Positions 25,381 to 39,100 of a stretch of DNA of 64,000 nucleotides are shown here, in pieces. The stretch's first letter is position 1. Each line of letters opens with the position of its first letter. The position numbers were made by a program, and so were the translations under genes. Source of the stretch: Saccostrea echinata (lineage: Eukaryota); assembly GCF_033153115.1 (NCBI RefSeq), contig NW_026889800.1, positions 4,898,001 to 4,962,000 on the forward strand, read 5' to 3'. Below the pieces are notes generated by a model. It was given only the letters and a program-made list of their open reading frames with translations, made no database searches and was not told where the DNA came from.

Positions 25381-26148
25381 TTTGGGCAAAAACAGAAGTG
25401 GCAGAAAACTGAAGCACATAAACTTATCCGGCTGTGTAAACATTACCGATGTGACCCTACAGAAAATATCCACAGCACTGGGATGTAAGGAAGACCCCAG
25501 AACAGAGAGAGGAAGTGAAAATTTGAGTACCTGTCACTTCAGAGGAAGGACATGCTGTCGTGAAAGAGAGGCTCATGGTAGACAACAAGAGGACTTGGGA
25601 CTTGATTTTGATTCGGTGGATGCGGCATTGCGTAATGCTTGTGATTTTGTAGAGCGTGAGGCAATGGCTAGACATTTGATTGATTTTCTGGAGGGAGAGA
25701 ATATGTTTTCTTCCTTCATACACCAGTCATTTCTGCCACCCTTACTAAGGGATCAACAAAGAACATTTGAGTTGAATAGTTGCATAAAAAACAGTTCTGG
25801 CTTGGGCACCAAGAAAAAAAGTTATCGAGCAATGAATGATTGGAATTCCTCGTTTACAGAAAATCAGGAGTTATTCCCCATATATCATACCAACACAAAC
25901 ATTTTGTCTGAGAATTCCTCACACAGGATTAACCCCAATGTAGAGAGGAATGTAGGGGATACCCAACAAAGGACTAGTTCCTCCCCAGAGAGGATTTGTG
26001 GGAATTCCCCATACAGGACTAGCGCCTCCTCAGGGGGTAATGGTGGGGCTTGTTATGTCTGTGATAATAGTGACAGTGACACTCCCCAGAGGGCGCTGCA
26101 GTTCCTCTCTCTCTCCGGTTGCTCTTTGGTGACAGATGAAGGAATAAG
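25381..26148 (+). CDS. FBXL5: FBXL5 coding exon 8 (LRRs flanking a long low-complexity insert)
   Basis: TTTTTTCCAG acceptor. LKHINLSGCVNITDVTLQKISTALG and LQFLSLSGCSLVTDEGI LRRs. Donor GTATAAG at 26149, phase 2. Confidence 0.92.
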
Positions 26149-28701
26149 GTATAAGAAGAGCTGCAAACTTAATGTTTAAATCTTTAAATTCTAAACATGT
26201 CCTCGCAATTTTGATTTTGTTTATTTCCAAGTTGTTGCCCAATTATAGTACAGTGTGTATGGCACTATTACATAAACATTCAGTTATTATCTACACAAAG
26301 TTTCATTAATCAGTAAGGTAACTCCTTTACACAAACATGTTTTTAGATAAAAAAATAAATTCAGCAGTTGAATCATAACATTGCAATGGAGTCTCTGTTA
26401 AGTTACAGATGAGGTTTTATTGGTTGGGGTATATTCATACATTTGATCTGTTCATTCAATTTATACATTTTTAATACCTGCATATTCAATTTCAACTGCA
26501 TTCACACAGAGAATTGGTTTAGTTTAAGTTAATTTAATGTGCTTCTTTTTGTGCTTATTACTTCGCTATAACTCCGTTTGAACGCTAAGTGAAGCATATT
26601 CAAATTAAATTCAAACTTGTGCTTAGTAGCAAGATTTTGTCACATGCAACATGTGGGATGTAAGATATAACTACTTTTGCTATTTCTGAGTGAAAATCAA
26701 AGAAAACGTATTAATCGCTAAAAAATTTGTACATACATTATTTCCGATTATCTGTATACTGTAATCCTGGAAATTTTTATGGGGTAAAATTTTGCAGTTT
26801 CCATGGAACAAAGCATATTCATGGGGGTTATTTTGCAGAAGTTAAAGAATGTACAGAATGTGTTGGTTTGTTGTTTAGTATGGTACCTTATATAAACCTT
26901 TTCACTTGGTGCTTAATTTTGCAAAACTTTACTTATCACAGAATTTGCAAAAATTACCCCCGCCCCCCAAACATTTCCATGTTTACCATGTGCATCTTAA
27001 CAACAAGTTAATTTTGAATTACGAATTTGATGCACTTGAGATTGCATGAAATGTCTTGTGAACACTATTGGCATTAATTAAATTTAGATTATTGCTCCCC
27101 CCCCCCCCCCCTTTCACTAATAGCAGGAATTTTGAAGGACCCAAGAACCAAACTGTTAACAGATGGGTCGATAAAACACATTCTGCTCAAGAACACAGTC
27201 AATAAATGTTTTGTTACTTTTTGTGTCGCCTGCAGAGCAGAGCAACAGTTAGAGATCACTTTAACTGGCATCTGTTTGTGTGTCTGTCTGTCATAATTTA
27301 TATCTTGAGAACTGAAAGAGCCTGATCAATATGGATTTGATATTTTGCACATATATATATATATTATATTGCTTGCCACTATGGCTTTTGTAAATTATCA
27401 TGGTTACTAACCTCATGACCTTTGAACTTGACTTTTGACCTATTTTTCAAAATAGTTTCTAGTGCCAATAGACAGCATATATTTGACATTTTAGAAGTAA
27501 GTTTATGATATTTAACATGTGCACAGTTTGTCATAAAAGATTTTGAAAAATACTAGCATTATGGATGACTTGCCCTTCACCTCTGACCTCAATTGCAAAA
27601 AATACTCTGGATGGTTAATTACATGTTTTGAAGTTTTAGAGGTAGTGTTTTGATTATGAGCTTATGAATCTGTACTTTGAAACTATGATATACAGTTACC
27701 ACACAAAGTAAAATTTAAATATTATGAGAATAAATTGGGATCGGTTTTCCAAAATCGTTAGTTGTGGTCTAGTCTCGTTACTAGACACTCTTCTGTCTCC
27801 GACTCTAACAAGCAGAGAGTCTAGTAAAGAGTCGCAATAGGATTTATAACAGACAGAGGACGTTACCTTGTTTTCATTTTTAGGACCCCTTTGAAAATGA
27901 ATTATATTTATGTTACTTTCTGTTGGATTGTGATTTTATATTAATAAACTGATTCTTCATTACGGATACCAAAGGAGAAATAACAGTACTTAACAATCGA
28001 CGAAATGTATACTACACCAGCAGGGTACAGTACTTTCACTTTTGCTTCCAACAATAATTTTGACAAGACAGTGTAGAACAAACTTACTCATAACTGGGAG
28101 ACAATATCACAAACAATTTTTTTAAATTACAAAAATTGGCTACTAGGCCAGAGACTAGAGGCAGTAACAAAGTTACTAGTCTGAGGTCATCAGTTACTAG
28201 TCCATACTGATCACATGATACATTTCATTTCCATGTAACAAAAAGCCTAAAAATGTAATCAAGATAAATATGCAAAATAAAGGTCAGTTTTACATATTTT
28301 ATTATACATTAATTTGTTTTGCAGCTTCTGGTCACCCATTTCACCTTCTGTAACCTTTTTTGAGTGTTCATTATAACCAGCTACATGTCCGCCGTCTGTC
28401 ACTGAACATTATGTTGCTAGCATTGCACAATGCATGTACATGAAAATGGACCGAGGATCTTGATTTGGCAACATAATAATGTGTTTACTTTCATGCTAAC
28501 AAAGCATTCAATGATTTTTACTTGCTCGACCTTTAAAATTGGTAGCCCTAAGCATTGGGTGATGGTAACTGCACACCCTGATATTGTTGATATAGTTGTT
28601 AAATATCAAACCACCAAACATGGGAACAACTGAATCTAACCACACCATTCAATTTTATATCACAAGACCTTTATACAACTCCATTTTATTGTATTTTACA
28701 G

Positions 28702-28930
28702 CTTTTTAGCCAAGGATGGTGGATTGCCTCGTCTGGAGTACCTGGATTTATCCGGCTGTATGCAGATAACAGCAGCTGGATTGTCAGAGCTGGTCAGTAC
28801 CTGTCCTCGGCTGGACCACGCCCAGCTGTTTTACTGTGATAATATGCTGGATGATCCGTATGCCACGACAGCTAGTGGGTGTCAGAACCTGGAGGTTCCC
28901 ACTAGGAGGTGCTGTCGGTCTGGATATTAA
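28702..28930 (+). CDS. FBXL5: FBXL5 last coding exon (final LRR and 2Fe-2S cluster Cys motif)
   Basis: TTTTACAG acceptor. GGLPRLEYLDLSGC...FYCDN...TASGCQNL...CCRSGY*, matching the FBXL5 C-terminus. Confidence 0.95.
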
Positions 28931-30615
28931 CAGGTAAACAGAATTCCGTATATCCAGGAACTTGTAGGTTACCCTCCACATTTAAAATGGAGCAGATAAC
29001 AGGTAACCAGTTAGAATTCTGGATATCCAACCATGCAGACTATGTTCCATGTCTAATCTGGAGCACAGTGAACCAGAGGATGCAGTTTTTTAAGCATCTT
29101 TAAATTTCTGTGGTGACTCAGGCCAACACTAAAAAATGATTCATTTGATGTACTCGGGCTGATGCATCTAAATTTTCCCTATCTGTTCATTTTTTTAAAG
29201 TACTTTAAATTTAATTTTTTGTTTTAAGGGAAATACAGATTGCCCTTATTATTTTTAAAGTTAAGGTTTATCATTTCTCAACGCTTTTTAGATTGAAATC
29301 TATTGCAGCAAAAAATATTAAAAGTGTCTGGCTGTCCCGTGTATAATGGCACATAACTCAAAATTCCTTGCATGCACCATGTGCACATACACCTAAAAAG
29401 TTAATAAGTTTACTCCATCAAAAATCCTGATATTTTCAACATAATTGCACTCTTCTATTGTTTTTCTTACAAGAAACAGATGCAAACCTCTATAAAATTA
29501 ACTTTATAAGGAAGTGTTCGTAAACCAGTATTGCTGCACATGAGACAAATTTCTTTCCTTTTCATCCACCAAATAAAAGATTGAATCCTCCTAAGGAATA
29601 GGAGAAATATTTATAATTGATGCATTGTTTTTGAAACCTTATGCTGACCTTACACTCCTACTTATTTCCGTGAAAGCATATTTGTCATGTCATAAAATGA
29701 CTGAATATGATAAGGAAATCTGAGGCCATCATTAAAATTTTATTTGTTTCATGTACACTGACCCACATTTTTCAAGATGGGTAGTACGGTACATAATTTT
29801 TTAAAAATAAAATCATAGATTTTCAGTGTTTATTAATGTTTTCATTACAATTTATTTGTGAGGTTTAGAGGGTTATATTCAAATTGAATGTATAAAATTT
29901 ATTACATGTAAACAAAAAAAATCAGTGGATACTAATTAATGTTCATATTTTTGTGTTGTAAGATGAAACATCTTTATCACCAACTAAAAATTGATTCAAT
30001 AATATTTTATAATTACTTCTCATAGTGTTTTTTAAAAGTGTTTTCTAATAACTTGAACTGGACAATTTTCCCTAAATAGAATATGTTATTGACTAAAGAT
30101 CAAACAGTAATAGCTTAAGCCATCCTCTATGAAAACATTTTAAAAGTGTGAAATTAAATTTTAATGCTGCTTTCACTGCTCCAGATTTCCAGCCAATTTT
30201 ACATTTATCCAATGAATAATTAATTAAAAGCCTTCGTATACCTTTTGTGTTGTACTGCGGGTGATGAATTTTACATGTCTATTTTGGATCGAGTATTAAA
30301 ATATTGATAAGTGTTGCTTGTTGTCTCAATTCTAGGATATTAATGTATTATTTTGACTGGCATCTATCTGTCACTTGATCTTTGGAAGAAAACAGGTTCA
30401 TAGTAGTATCCTCTTTCTATGAAACATTTTAGAGGGTAACTGGAAGATATTGATGTGTTTCAAATTTAATCCTATACTACCCACTATAGTAATCCCAGTA
30501 TCGTTATGGAGTAGTGTATGGAGTAGCTGCTGCTTATATATGTCCATGAATTCACTATTGGGCGAAAAAAAAGGTCATGTGCAATTTTTTTTTTTCAATT
30601 AAGATAAATCATATA

Positions 30616-33034
30616 TTTAGCTCACATGAGCCAAAGTTTTCTGATCATTGTCAATTGTCTGTGGTGTTTTTGAAATGTTGGCCGAATCTCCAGAACCCCT
30701 TGGCCAGTTTTTGTCAAATTTGCCACAGGTTATCCTTGGCTCAAGGGCTTTTGTTTATATTAAAAAGAGGGATGTGACCTTTAAACAAGAGAAGATAATT
30801 AGGAAAAAAAAAAAAACAAAAGTAGTGGTTGCTAAAAAAACCTTCTCTTCCCCTGGGTATTTGGCAGATATACTAAGCACATGGTGAGCAAGGGTGCCTC
30901 TTCAAAAATTGTGAATTTCACAGCCCCTGGGTCAGGGGTTCTGATGTTAAGGTGGGGATCTATTTATTATAAAGTGAAAATGCATCATTCCTTTGAAAAC
31001 CCTCTTCTATGCCCCTGAGTATTTGGCAAACATACTAAGCACATGTTTATGATGTGCATGGTTGCCTCCTCCAAAAGTGTGAATTAATGGCCCTGAGTCA
31101 GGGGTTCTTGTTTTATGTTTGGGTTCTATTAATTATATAGTGAATATGCATTTTTTTTTTTTTTTGGAAATCTTCTTCTCTGCCCCTGCTAATTTAGCAA
31201 ACAAATGCATGGTTATGGTAAGCAAGGGTGCCTCTTCCTAAATTGCAAAATTCATGGCCCCTTGGTCAGGGGTTTAGGTGCTAGGGCAGGGCTATAGAGT
31301 ATATAGTGAAAATCTTTGCTTCTGGGTATTAAGCAGATAAACTAGGGTGCCTCTTCCAAACTATGACATTCATGGTCCCTGGTTTAGCGGTTCTGATGTT
31401 AGGGTGAGAGTCTGTTGATTATATAGTGAAAGATGCATTATCATGATTATTTCTATGAAAATATAGGGGGCAAACAGAGCACAAAGTTGTAATGAGCAAG
31501 GGTGATTTTACCAGATTTGTGAAATTCTGGATCACTGGGTCAAGTGTTCTGTTGCTGGGCAGGGCTCCATTGATCTTGTAGAGAAATTAGTACTCTAATA
31601 TAGGTAGCCTGCTTAATATAAAGTACTTAAAGTACTTTCAAGTTTGAAATGGTCGGGTAAACTGGTATTTAATAGATAAATAAAATGAGATAATAATCTT
31701 TGTACATTAAGTGTTCTTCAAAGACCAAGAGAGGCTAATCTGAGAGGATATAAGATGAGTTGATGTGCTCAAGCACTATTGTTTTGTTTAGTCTACATAG
31801 TGATAGTGACAAATGGGAGTGTATTAGCACTGGCAAGTACAAGCAAGTAACTGGGTGTACTTTATGATTTGTTACTGAGTACTTGACTATTTTGTTGATC
31901 CCGGATCATCCTATTTCTCTTGCTTGTGGGCAGTATATATCATAGTCTATCAGTTTATTATGTTTACTGGGTTTTCTGTAAGAAAAATCAGTGGATCTTT
32001 TCACAAAAAATCTTACGACATATTTTTATCTTAAGTGAAAACTTATGATAAAAATCGTTTTCACAAAAATTCTTAAGAAAGTCGTAAGTGCAAAATCTGT
32101 CGTAACTTTACAAGAGCCCCAAGCCTCTCTTAAGTATTTTAAAAGCGATTTTATTGCAAAAATATAACTGCAAAAACCAAAATACACGTTAAATTGAACT
32201 TTTTAAAGCAACTTCCAATAATATTTTAAATTTTTTTCACAATCATTATCGAAAAATTAAATGAAATACACTACAAAATATTTACGATGTAAGTTTCACT
32301 TAAGATTTTCGTATGACCTACTTTTACGTCAGACTTGTGATTGTGACGTGAGATTTTAAACTTCCTTGCCTCACAAACGATTGCATTTGATATTTGTTGT
32401 CAATAATATTTGTTATGCTGACAAATGTTGAAAACTAAGTTTTATTTTTATTTTCACCCACTTATTTAAGGATTATACAGCATATTGAAGTCGCTGCTAG
32501 GGATGAAGTCTGTCGTAAGTAAAATCTTAAGTTCAATCTGCTACGAATGCGTTCCTGAAACGCACTTAAGATTTGTTGTAAGAGATTCTTAAGTTAAAAT
32601 CTTACACAAAAAATTAAGATTTTTTATGAAAAAGGCTACAGGTTATTGAAATGATGAAAATGGCGAGCAGTAGGGCATTTAGTTGCCAAAAGGGTTCATC
32701 ATTTGACTGGACAATTCCTTCTACAGTTTTCAAGATAGGAAGTTCATATTTTTACAAATTAATTGTACATATATCAGAGATATGCATAGTTCTTTGATTT
32801 TGATTTTTGATAATCTTATGAAAAAATACAAGTTGTTGAACTTAGTCATTTTAATGCAAAATATGTTCATAGGGTACATTGATTTGTTGGGATGTCACCT
32901 CCTACAGTAATATCATTACCATAAGAAAACCCGGTTTGCTGTCACATAGACAGCTTTTTCCTTGTTTTATTAATACCTCTATGGATTATTTGTATTATAC
33001 TCAAGTGAAAGTTAAGGCCCTTTGGCCTGTTGTG
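30616..33034 (+). mobile_element. Degenerate chimeric Helentron-type element with internal insertions
   Basis: 5' end resembles the 18524 family (TTTAGCTCACATGAGCC...TTTTCTGATCA). Body and 3' end (ACTCAAGTGA...AGGCC-CTTT-GGCCT) match the 20921 family, e.g. GTTGATCC(C/T)GATCATCCTATTTCTCTTGCTT is shared. Confidence 0.7.
31989..32642. mobile_element. TIR MITE (Harbinger-like) inserted in the Helentron
   Basis: Imperfect TIR: CAGTGGATCTTTTCACAAAAAATCTTA versus reverse complement CTGTAGCCTTTTTCATAAAAAATCTTA. Many CTTAAG/CTTACGA subterminal motifs. Superfamily uncertain. Confidence 0.55.
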
Positions 33035-36000
33035 TAGTTTAATAGTTCATTTATCATTCAGGTACTTGTATCATAGCAGCCCATAGGAAGTAATTTCCGT
33101 TTGGGGGGGGGGGGGGGGAGGGGCACATTCAAACATTTTCAGTTTGGTGGGGCTCTACAGAAATTCAAAAATTCCTTGACAAGCAAAAAAAAGTGTTATT
33201 TTTGAGGAGGCACCAAACATATAGTAGCTGTGTTTTCTATTGTATTCTATTTATCGGAAAATTTATTGGGCCTCTGTGCCATGCAATCCCCCCACCCCCT
33301 CCGGGTTCCTACAGCCATCTATAGTAAGTGTATTATGGGTCATATATTGTACTGTGAGGTATGTTATAATTATTCCACCCAATTCCACACCCTGCTAACT
33401 CACCAAGTTGACAACCATTGTCTGATTCTGTAGTATGATACAATTGTTCCAATTGTTATAATTTTTTCATTATTTGCAATACAGCCAACTACTTGACAAG
33501 TCAATAATATATTACAGAAAGCAATCAAGACTTGAGTTCAAACCATTTATCAGGTTACTATTTTATTTTCTAGCTTGACTTGAAAGTGTTTTGCCTATAG
33601 TTGTAAATTTATAGCATATTTAACAGCTATCATGATGTAGGAAGTAATTTTGTAATTTATTGTAATTCCTATGTTCTTCCTCTGTGTTTTAAATTAACAG
33701 AATATAGTGTCATTACTTTCTAGGTTGCTCCCAGCTTCAATCCTATTAACGATTTGTCGTTGAAAGCCTTACTTCGTTTAGCTGTGTTGGAATAATCAAT
33801 TCATATGTTCTGTATACAATCCAAATATTTATTGTGCCATTATCTAACTAGGCATGTTATGATCAGCTATAATGCATATTGGTATACTGTTAATGCTCTG
33901 GTAATGATGTGTCAATCAATTGCAGTATTTGAGGGTATGAGAGGGAGGGTTTATTGTTCAAGCTCTGCGGTTTTATCAACATTAATTCAAGCTTACTGAG
34001 TAATGGTGTATTTCTCACGGGGGAATGTCTCTCAATCATTTTCTTCTATGTATTTAGCAAATGAAGTAAACTTTTCATTGCCGTTTTATTGATATGATGA
34101 ATATGATATTCATTTTGTAAATAAAAGATATGGTTGTAGGGGGAATTCATTATTGTCTGCCTGGTGGCTGTGGAGGTGTTATTGCGGTGCTTTGGTGGTC
34201 ATCAGTTAGTAGTGATAATACCTGAGAAGAATTGAGTAGAAAAATCATTCCAGTACAAAATTACTGTAAACCACAATGACAGCATACAGGAAATGTGTGA
34301 ATGGAGGAACTAGAACCTGGTGAAACAGTCAAAATGTCAGAAAAAATTGAAATTAGGAAAAAGTAATGCACTGTTAGGCAACTTATTGCTTTTTGCAAAA
34401 CATTCAGCTTGCATAAACACATGAGAAAAGCATGGTTGGGCTAAATACTTGCAATCCGTAAGAATAAAAAATATCAAATTTGGTTTGCCGTTTGCTTCAG
34501 TAGAAGAAAGGTCCGGGGTATTCTGTCAATGCTCTGACATCAGAGGAATTGTGTGGTTAATTTTATAAGATTCTTGAGATAGAATCCAGAGCTCTGTGGT
34601 GCAGGTCTGATATAAATTCTTCTATTAAGCCAGTAGTATCTTCATTACATTCTTTTATTAAGACAAACCAGTTGTATTTTTACATCTCGAAACTACTCAA
34701 TTGCCAATGTATCAATGAATACTATAGTTACACTATTAAAATTTAGAACTAGTAATTGGAAATTACCAATCAAGACTGGCCGATGAAACAACATACCTTT
34801 AAATCAAACACTCTATACTTAATATTTGAAAATGATGCTGAAATTAAATACCACTCTGTACCATTTGATACCATTATATTAAACCATGTCCTGCTTTGAA
34901 ACAAATGTAGAAAATTGTATCTATCATCAACATATATAAGACAAGAGCTTTTAAGTTTTTTTTAATTCATATAAAAAGGTATCTGTCATCTATAGCCTTA
35001 GTAAATTCATTAACGTAATTAATAAGAGAATTACCATTCCACATTAAAATGGTTAATGTAAATTGTACACTCTTGCCACATGTAATTTGTTTGATTTTGT
35101 TCTTGACGTATTTTCTCTAGACAAGTATGTTATTTCACATTATGTGAGAATAAATTGAATTGACATAAGAAAGATTTATTCCAATGATTAGGGCACCCTG
35201 AAATTATAATAGAGTATTTTATCCTTATTCCAACCCAATTAGAGTCTTTGACCTCTTTTTTTGGTTTGGTTTACATGGCCTGTAACTGAGAGTGACATTT
35301 GTAGGGCAGCCATGAAATTGAGGAGTGCCTACTATTTTAGACTGTTTTCTATGTATTGACTGAAAATCAGGGCAATTCACAGTTGTGCTTTAAACATGGT
35401 AACTCTCTGCAGAAAAACAATTTCATGACTACCAGCTTATTACATATTTTTATATCTACAAGAGGAATTTGAAACTTAATCTTCTTTGTTTCTTTTTATT
35501 AATATTAAGTAGTGGAAATCTTATCACAATATGTATTTATTTTGTAAACCTCAGGTCGATTGATTGAGGATGTGCATTTTATGTGTGAAGGCCGCCATCA
35601 AATGTTCCAATTCATTTAATAATTTAATAAAAAAGGTCTTTGGGGAGTTGGGAAATATGATGTTTATTAACTATTTATTGAATGGTTGTGTCATACATAA
35701 CAGATTGACAAATATATCTGATGATATGGTCTGGTTAAAGATAATATCCAGACTTTAAACAAGGACTTTACAGATGTGTGTTGCCATTATGTTTTAAATA
35801 TAGACAATCTGAGTTCCTGGAGACGGAATGTTTAAAAGACAAAAAGCAGTCCCAAATATAGCACCACGCTGAGAAATCAATGTTATAAAACACGGAACGG
35901 TAAACAAGAAAACTGACTGACTGTTTATTTTAGTTAATGGCCCATGTACTTTTAATGAATGAGTGCAATGAAAGGTGATTTTTTTTATTGTTTCTTTTTT

Positions 36001-36137
36001 TTAAATGCATGCACAGTATTCTTGAAAGGCATATTTTAATACATATTCTTTTTTCTTTTATAATTATGTGAAAGTATGATTTTGATATTTTCTTTTAAAA
36101 TATAGAAAAATTTGAAATTAATGTATATTTTATTTTC

Positions 36138-36169
<32 letters not shown>

Positions 36170-39100
36170 CGTGCCCCAGAATCATGAAGTTTAAAGCTTC
36201 AGTCTAAATTTGAACATTGTCTAAAAGTATAGAAAACAAACTAAATTTAAAATGGTTTTAAAACATCTTCCATTTCATGTTAATGATTTTAATTTTCAAG
36301 TGTCTATTTAAAATAAATATTTTATAAATTGCAGAAATTATGACTCAAGTCTAAGACTGCTTTATGTTCCTGGGGCCAGATGAATGAAATCATTTTTGAA
36401 AATTGTTAAACCACCCCCTGCTGCATTAAAACTGATCATCTTTCTGAAAAGTCAACTTCATGAGGTTTGAAACACCATGCATTGGCAGTTATCTCCCTTA
36501 TTTCAGAATATATCCCCTCGCAACAAAGTTGAAGGGGAGATAGTAACACACTTGTGAGTGTGTGGGTGAGTGAGTGAGTGCATGTGTAACACAAGTAATA
36601 ATTTACATTGGGATCAATGTGCTCTTTTTTAAGGGGATGCTCCACTTTGTGTTTCCTTGTTGATTTTGCATCTCTGGAAAAAAGATCTTTCTGCAGACCT
36701 GTATGATTTAGCATGTTTAGCAACCTTAGAGTTTAAATAAGTTTAATTTATGGCTCAGCTAGTAAAGCACATTACTTTCTTCAATATTGTCTTGCTGTTT
36801 CAATTATACAATTCTTGGATCTTCATAGAGATGTTTTCTTGTAATGTTGAACAACTTTCAGTTGCATATTTTCCATAATGTTGGAGTCCATTAGTCTTCA
36901 TTTTATATTCGTGTCAACTCAGTGATCACCATAATTTTCCTGCCTTTTATGTTGATGAAACTCCAATATTTATACTGAAAACACATTCAAAATCTAGTTT
37001 GATTAAGCAGTGCCCATGCAGTAATTACCCTTTTACTTGGATATAATTAATATGAAAGAGAAAGGGAGCATGTTTTTATCAATATGACTCTACTAATGGC
37101 CTACACATTTTATGTTTTGATAATGCTAGGACTTGAAAATAAGCCAGTCTTTTAAAGTTACATAATGAGGCAAAATCATGTGTTTCTTTTAAGATATTTG
37201 TATCATAAAGCGAAAGATTTATGGAAATTATGAGTATAGCAAAGATATGACAACTAGACTGCACTGTAAAGCAAGAAAAGACTGCACAATAAAAGTGCTG
37301 GAAAACAAAGGTTGTATCTACCGTTTCGTTGTTATCCTACATGTCAAGGTCACGCCACTTTTATTTTTAGTGTAAACTTGTAAACAACATTCAATTGGAG
37401 CATGCAAAGGTGAGAAATATGTTCTATAATCTTTTTGAAAATTGTATCAAAATTCCTTGTCTACCGACATTCATTTTTTGGTACTTGAGACCATGGTTAC
37501 TTCTTCAACTTTTCTGCACACATGTACAACAGGGAGGAAGAAGTAAAGCAATATTTTCGTCTTGGACCATACTAAAATTATTTTTCTCTCCATAAAAGTA
37601 GATTTTTTAGGTTCCGAAACCTGTAATTTTCTGAAACCAAATACTTTCAGGAATTGAACAAAATTTGCACAGGGTCATGCAAAAATTCTATGTTTGTCAA
37701 TTTCCTGTTTGTGCGTCACGGTGTCGCTTTAAAAAGCCCCTTCTTACCAAAACTTAAAATAAGATTCAGCTTATTTCAAGGTTTCAGGGTATGTATCAGC
37801 TGATTGCAATTATCCGGTTGATTGAGGATTTTAAGTTGTAATATACTTTTAAAAAACCACATGCTTTTAAGGTTCTTATTGCCTTTTAATCTGAAGTTTT
37901 AAAGACCTTTAAGTTGATGCATTTTAATTGCATATTGTCAGTTATAAAACTAGCTATGCAGAGATCTTTGCTTTTGGTGCAGACCATTAAGAATTAATCT
38001 ACTAATGCAATGGTGTATATAGGTTCCCTCTGTTTACATTAGCGACCACCAATCAACCTTGAAAAAGTATCACAACAAGTACAAATGCCTTAATCTGGTA
38101 AAATAATCCCACTCTAATCCAGTCATTACCTTGCTGTGCCAATCAGATCTTGGCCTGAGATTCCTGTTACCTTCTAAGGCCTTGTTTTTGGGGCATTATT
38201 CTGAGATTTAATTAAACACGAGGTGCTACTGTGCACTGACGGAGAAAGTCCCAGGTTGAAAAAGTGCAGTGTGCACATGATCATGAAGTCCACCTTTCCT
38301 CTGCACAACATTGACATCATAATCTTCTAAAGCTGGCAATAACCTTCTAATTTTCAAATCTTATCAAAGAATAAGACCAGAATTTGGAATTTGACTTAAC
38401 CAGCAAATCAGCTGTTTCCATTTCAGTTTGGGAAAAAAAGTGTTGAAAGAAGATCCAGTGAGAAATGTTTTTTTCCCCTAAAATCTTGTGACTGATGACT
38501 TTTCAGTGAAAGAACTCGGGTTTAAGTCTTCATTTATAATTATTAAAAACTACTGAACTGCTAAGCAGTACATTATACTACAGTCAGGATAATACTTTCT
38601 GAAATGTAATCAAATACATGTGCATTTAGCTTAATAGTGCTGTAAAATTCTGAGGTTTCATTAAAATAATCTTGAACAAAGTTTAAAATTAGAATATAAT
38701 TTTAGTACGTGTAGTTTATTTGACCTCAGACTAGTTGTTTATGTTCTAGTGAATTCGCTGGATATTTGTGTACAGCAGTCAATCAGATTTCTGATTACAG
38801 AGTCTGATCTATTCTAATCAGTGGTTTACACTGTTTCCTGTGAACTTAAACATTGATTTTCAAAATCTTTAAACAGAAAAAAATAGATGAATAATTGTCT
38901 CATGGGTGGTCTTCCATTAGAACAAAAAAATTGATTTCCTGACTCAAAAGCTCCCGACCTCCAGTCTTACTGAGACCATAGCTTTAAAATGATTTTAACG
39001 GCACCTCTTTATTTTATATAGTTGGACTTTTTAACTAGTAAGAATGAGATGATTTATTTAATAATGAGAAGTATGTGAATTTACTGTATCTTGGGATTTT

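Noticed and set aside
27770-28159. TAGTCTC...GAGACTA bounded element
   Set aside because: The terminal match is only ~7 bp and no TSD is visible. It may be an old TIR element but I cannot support it.
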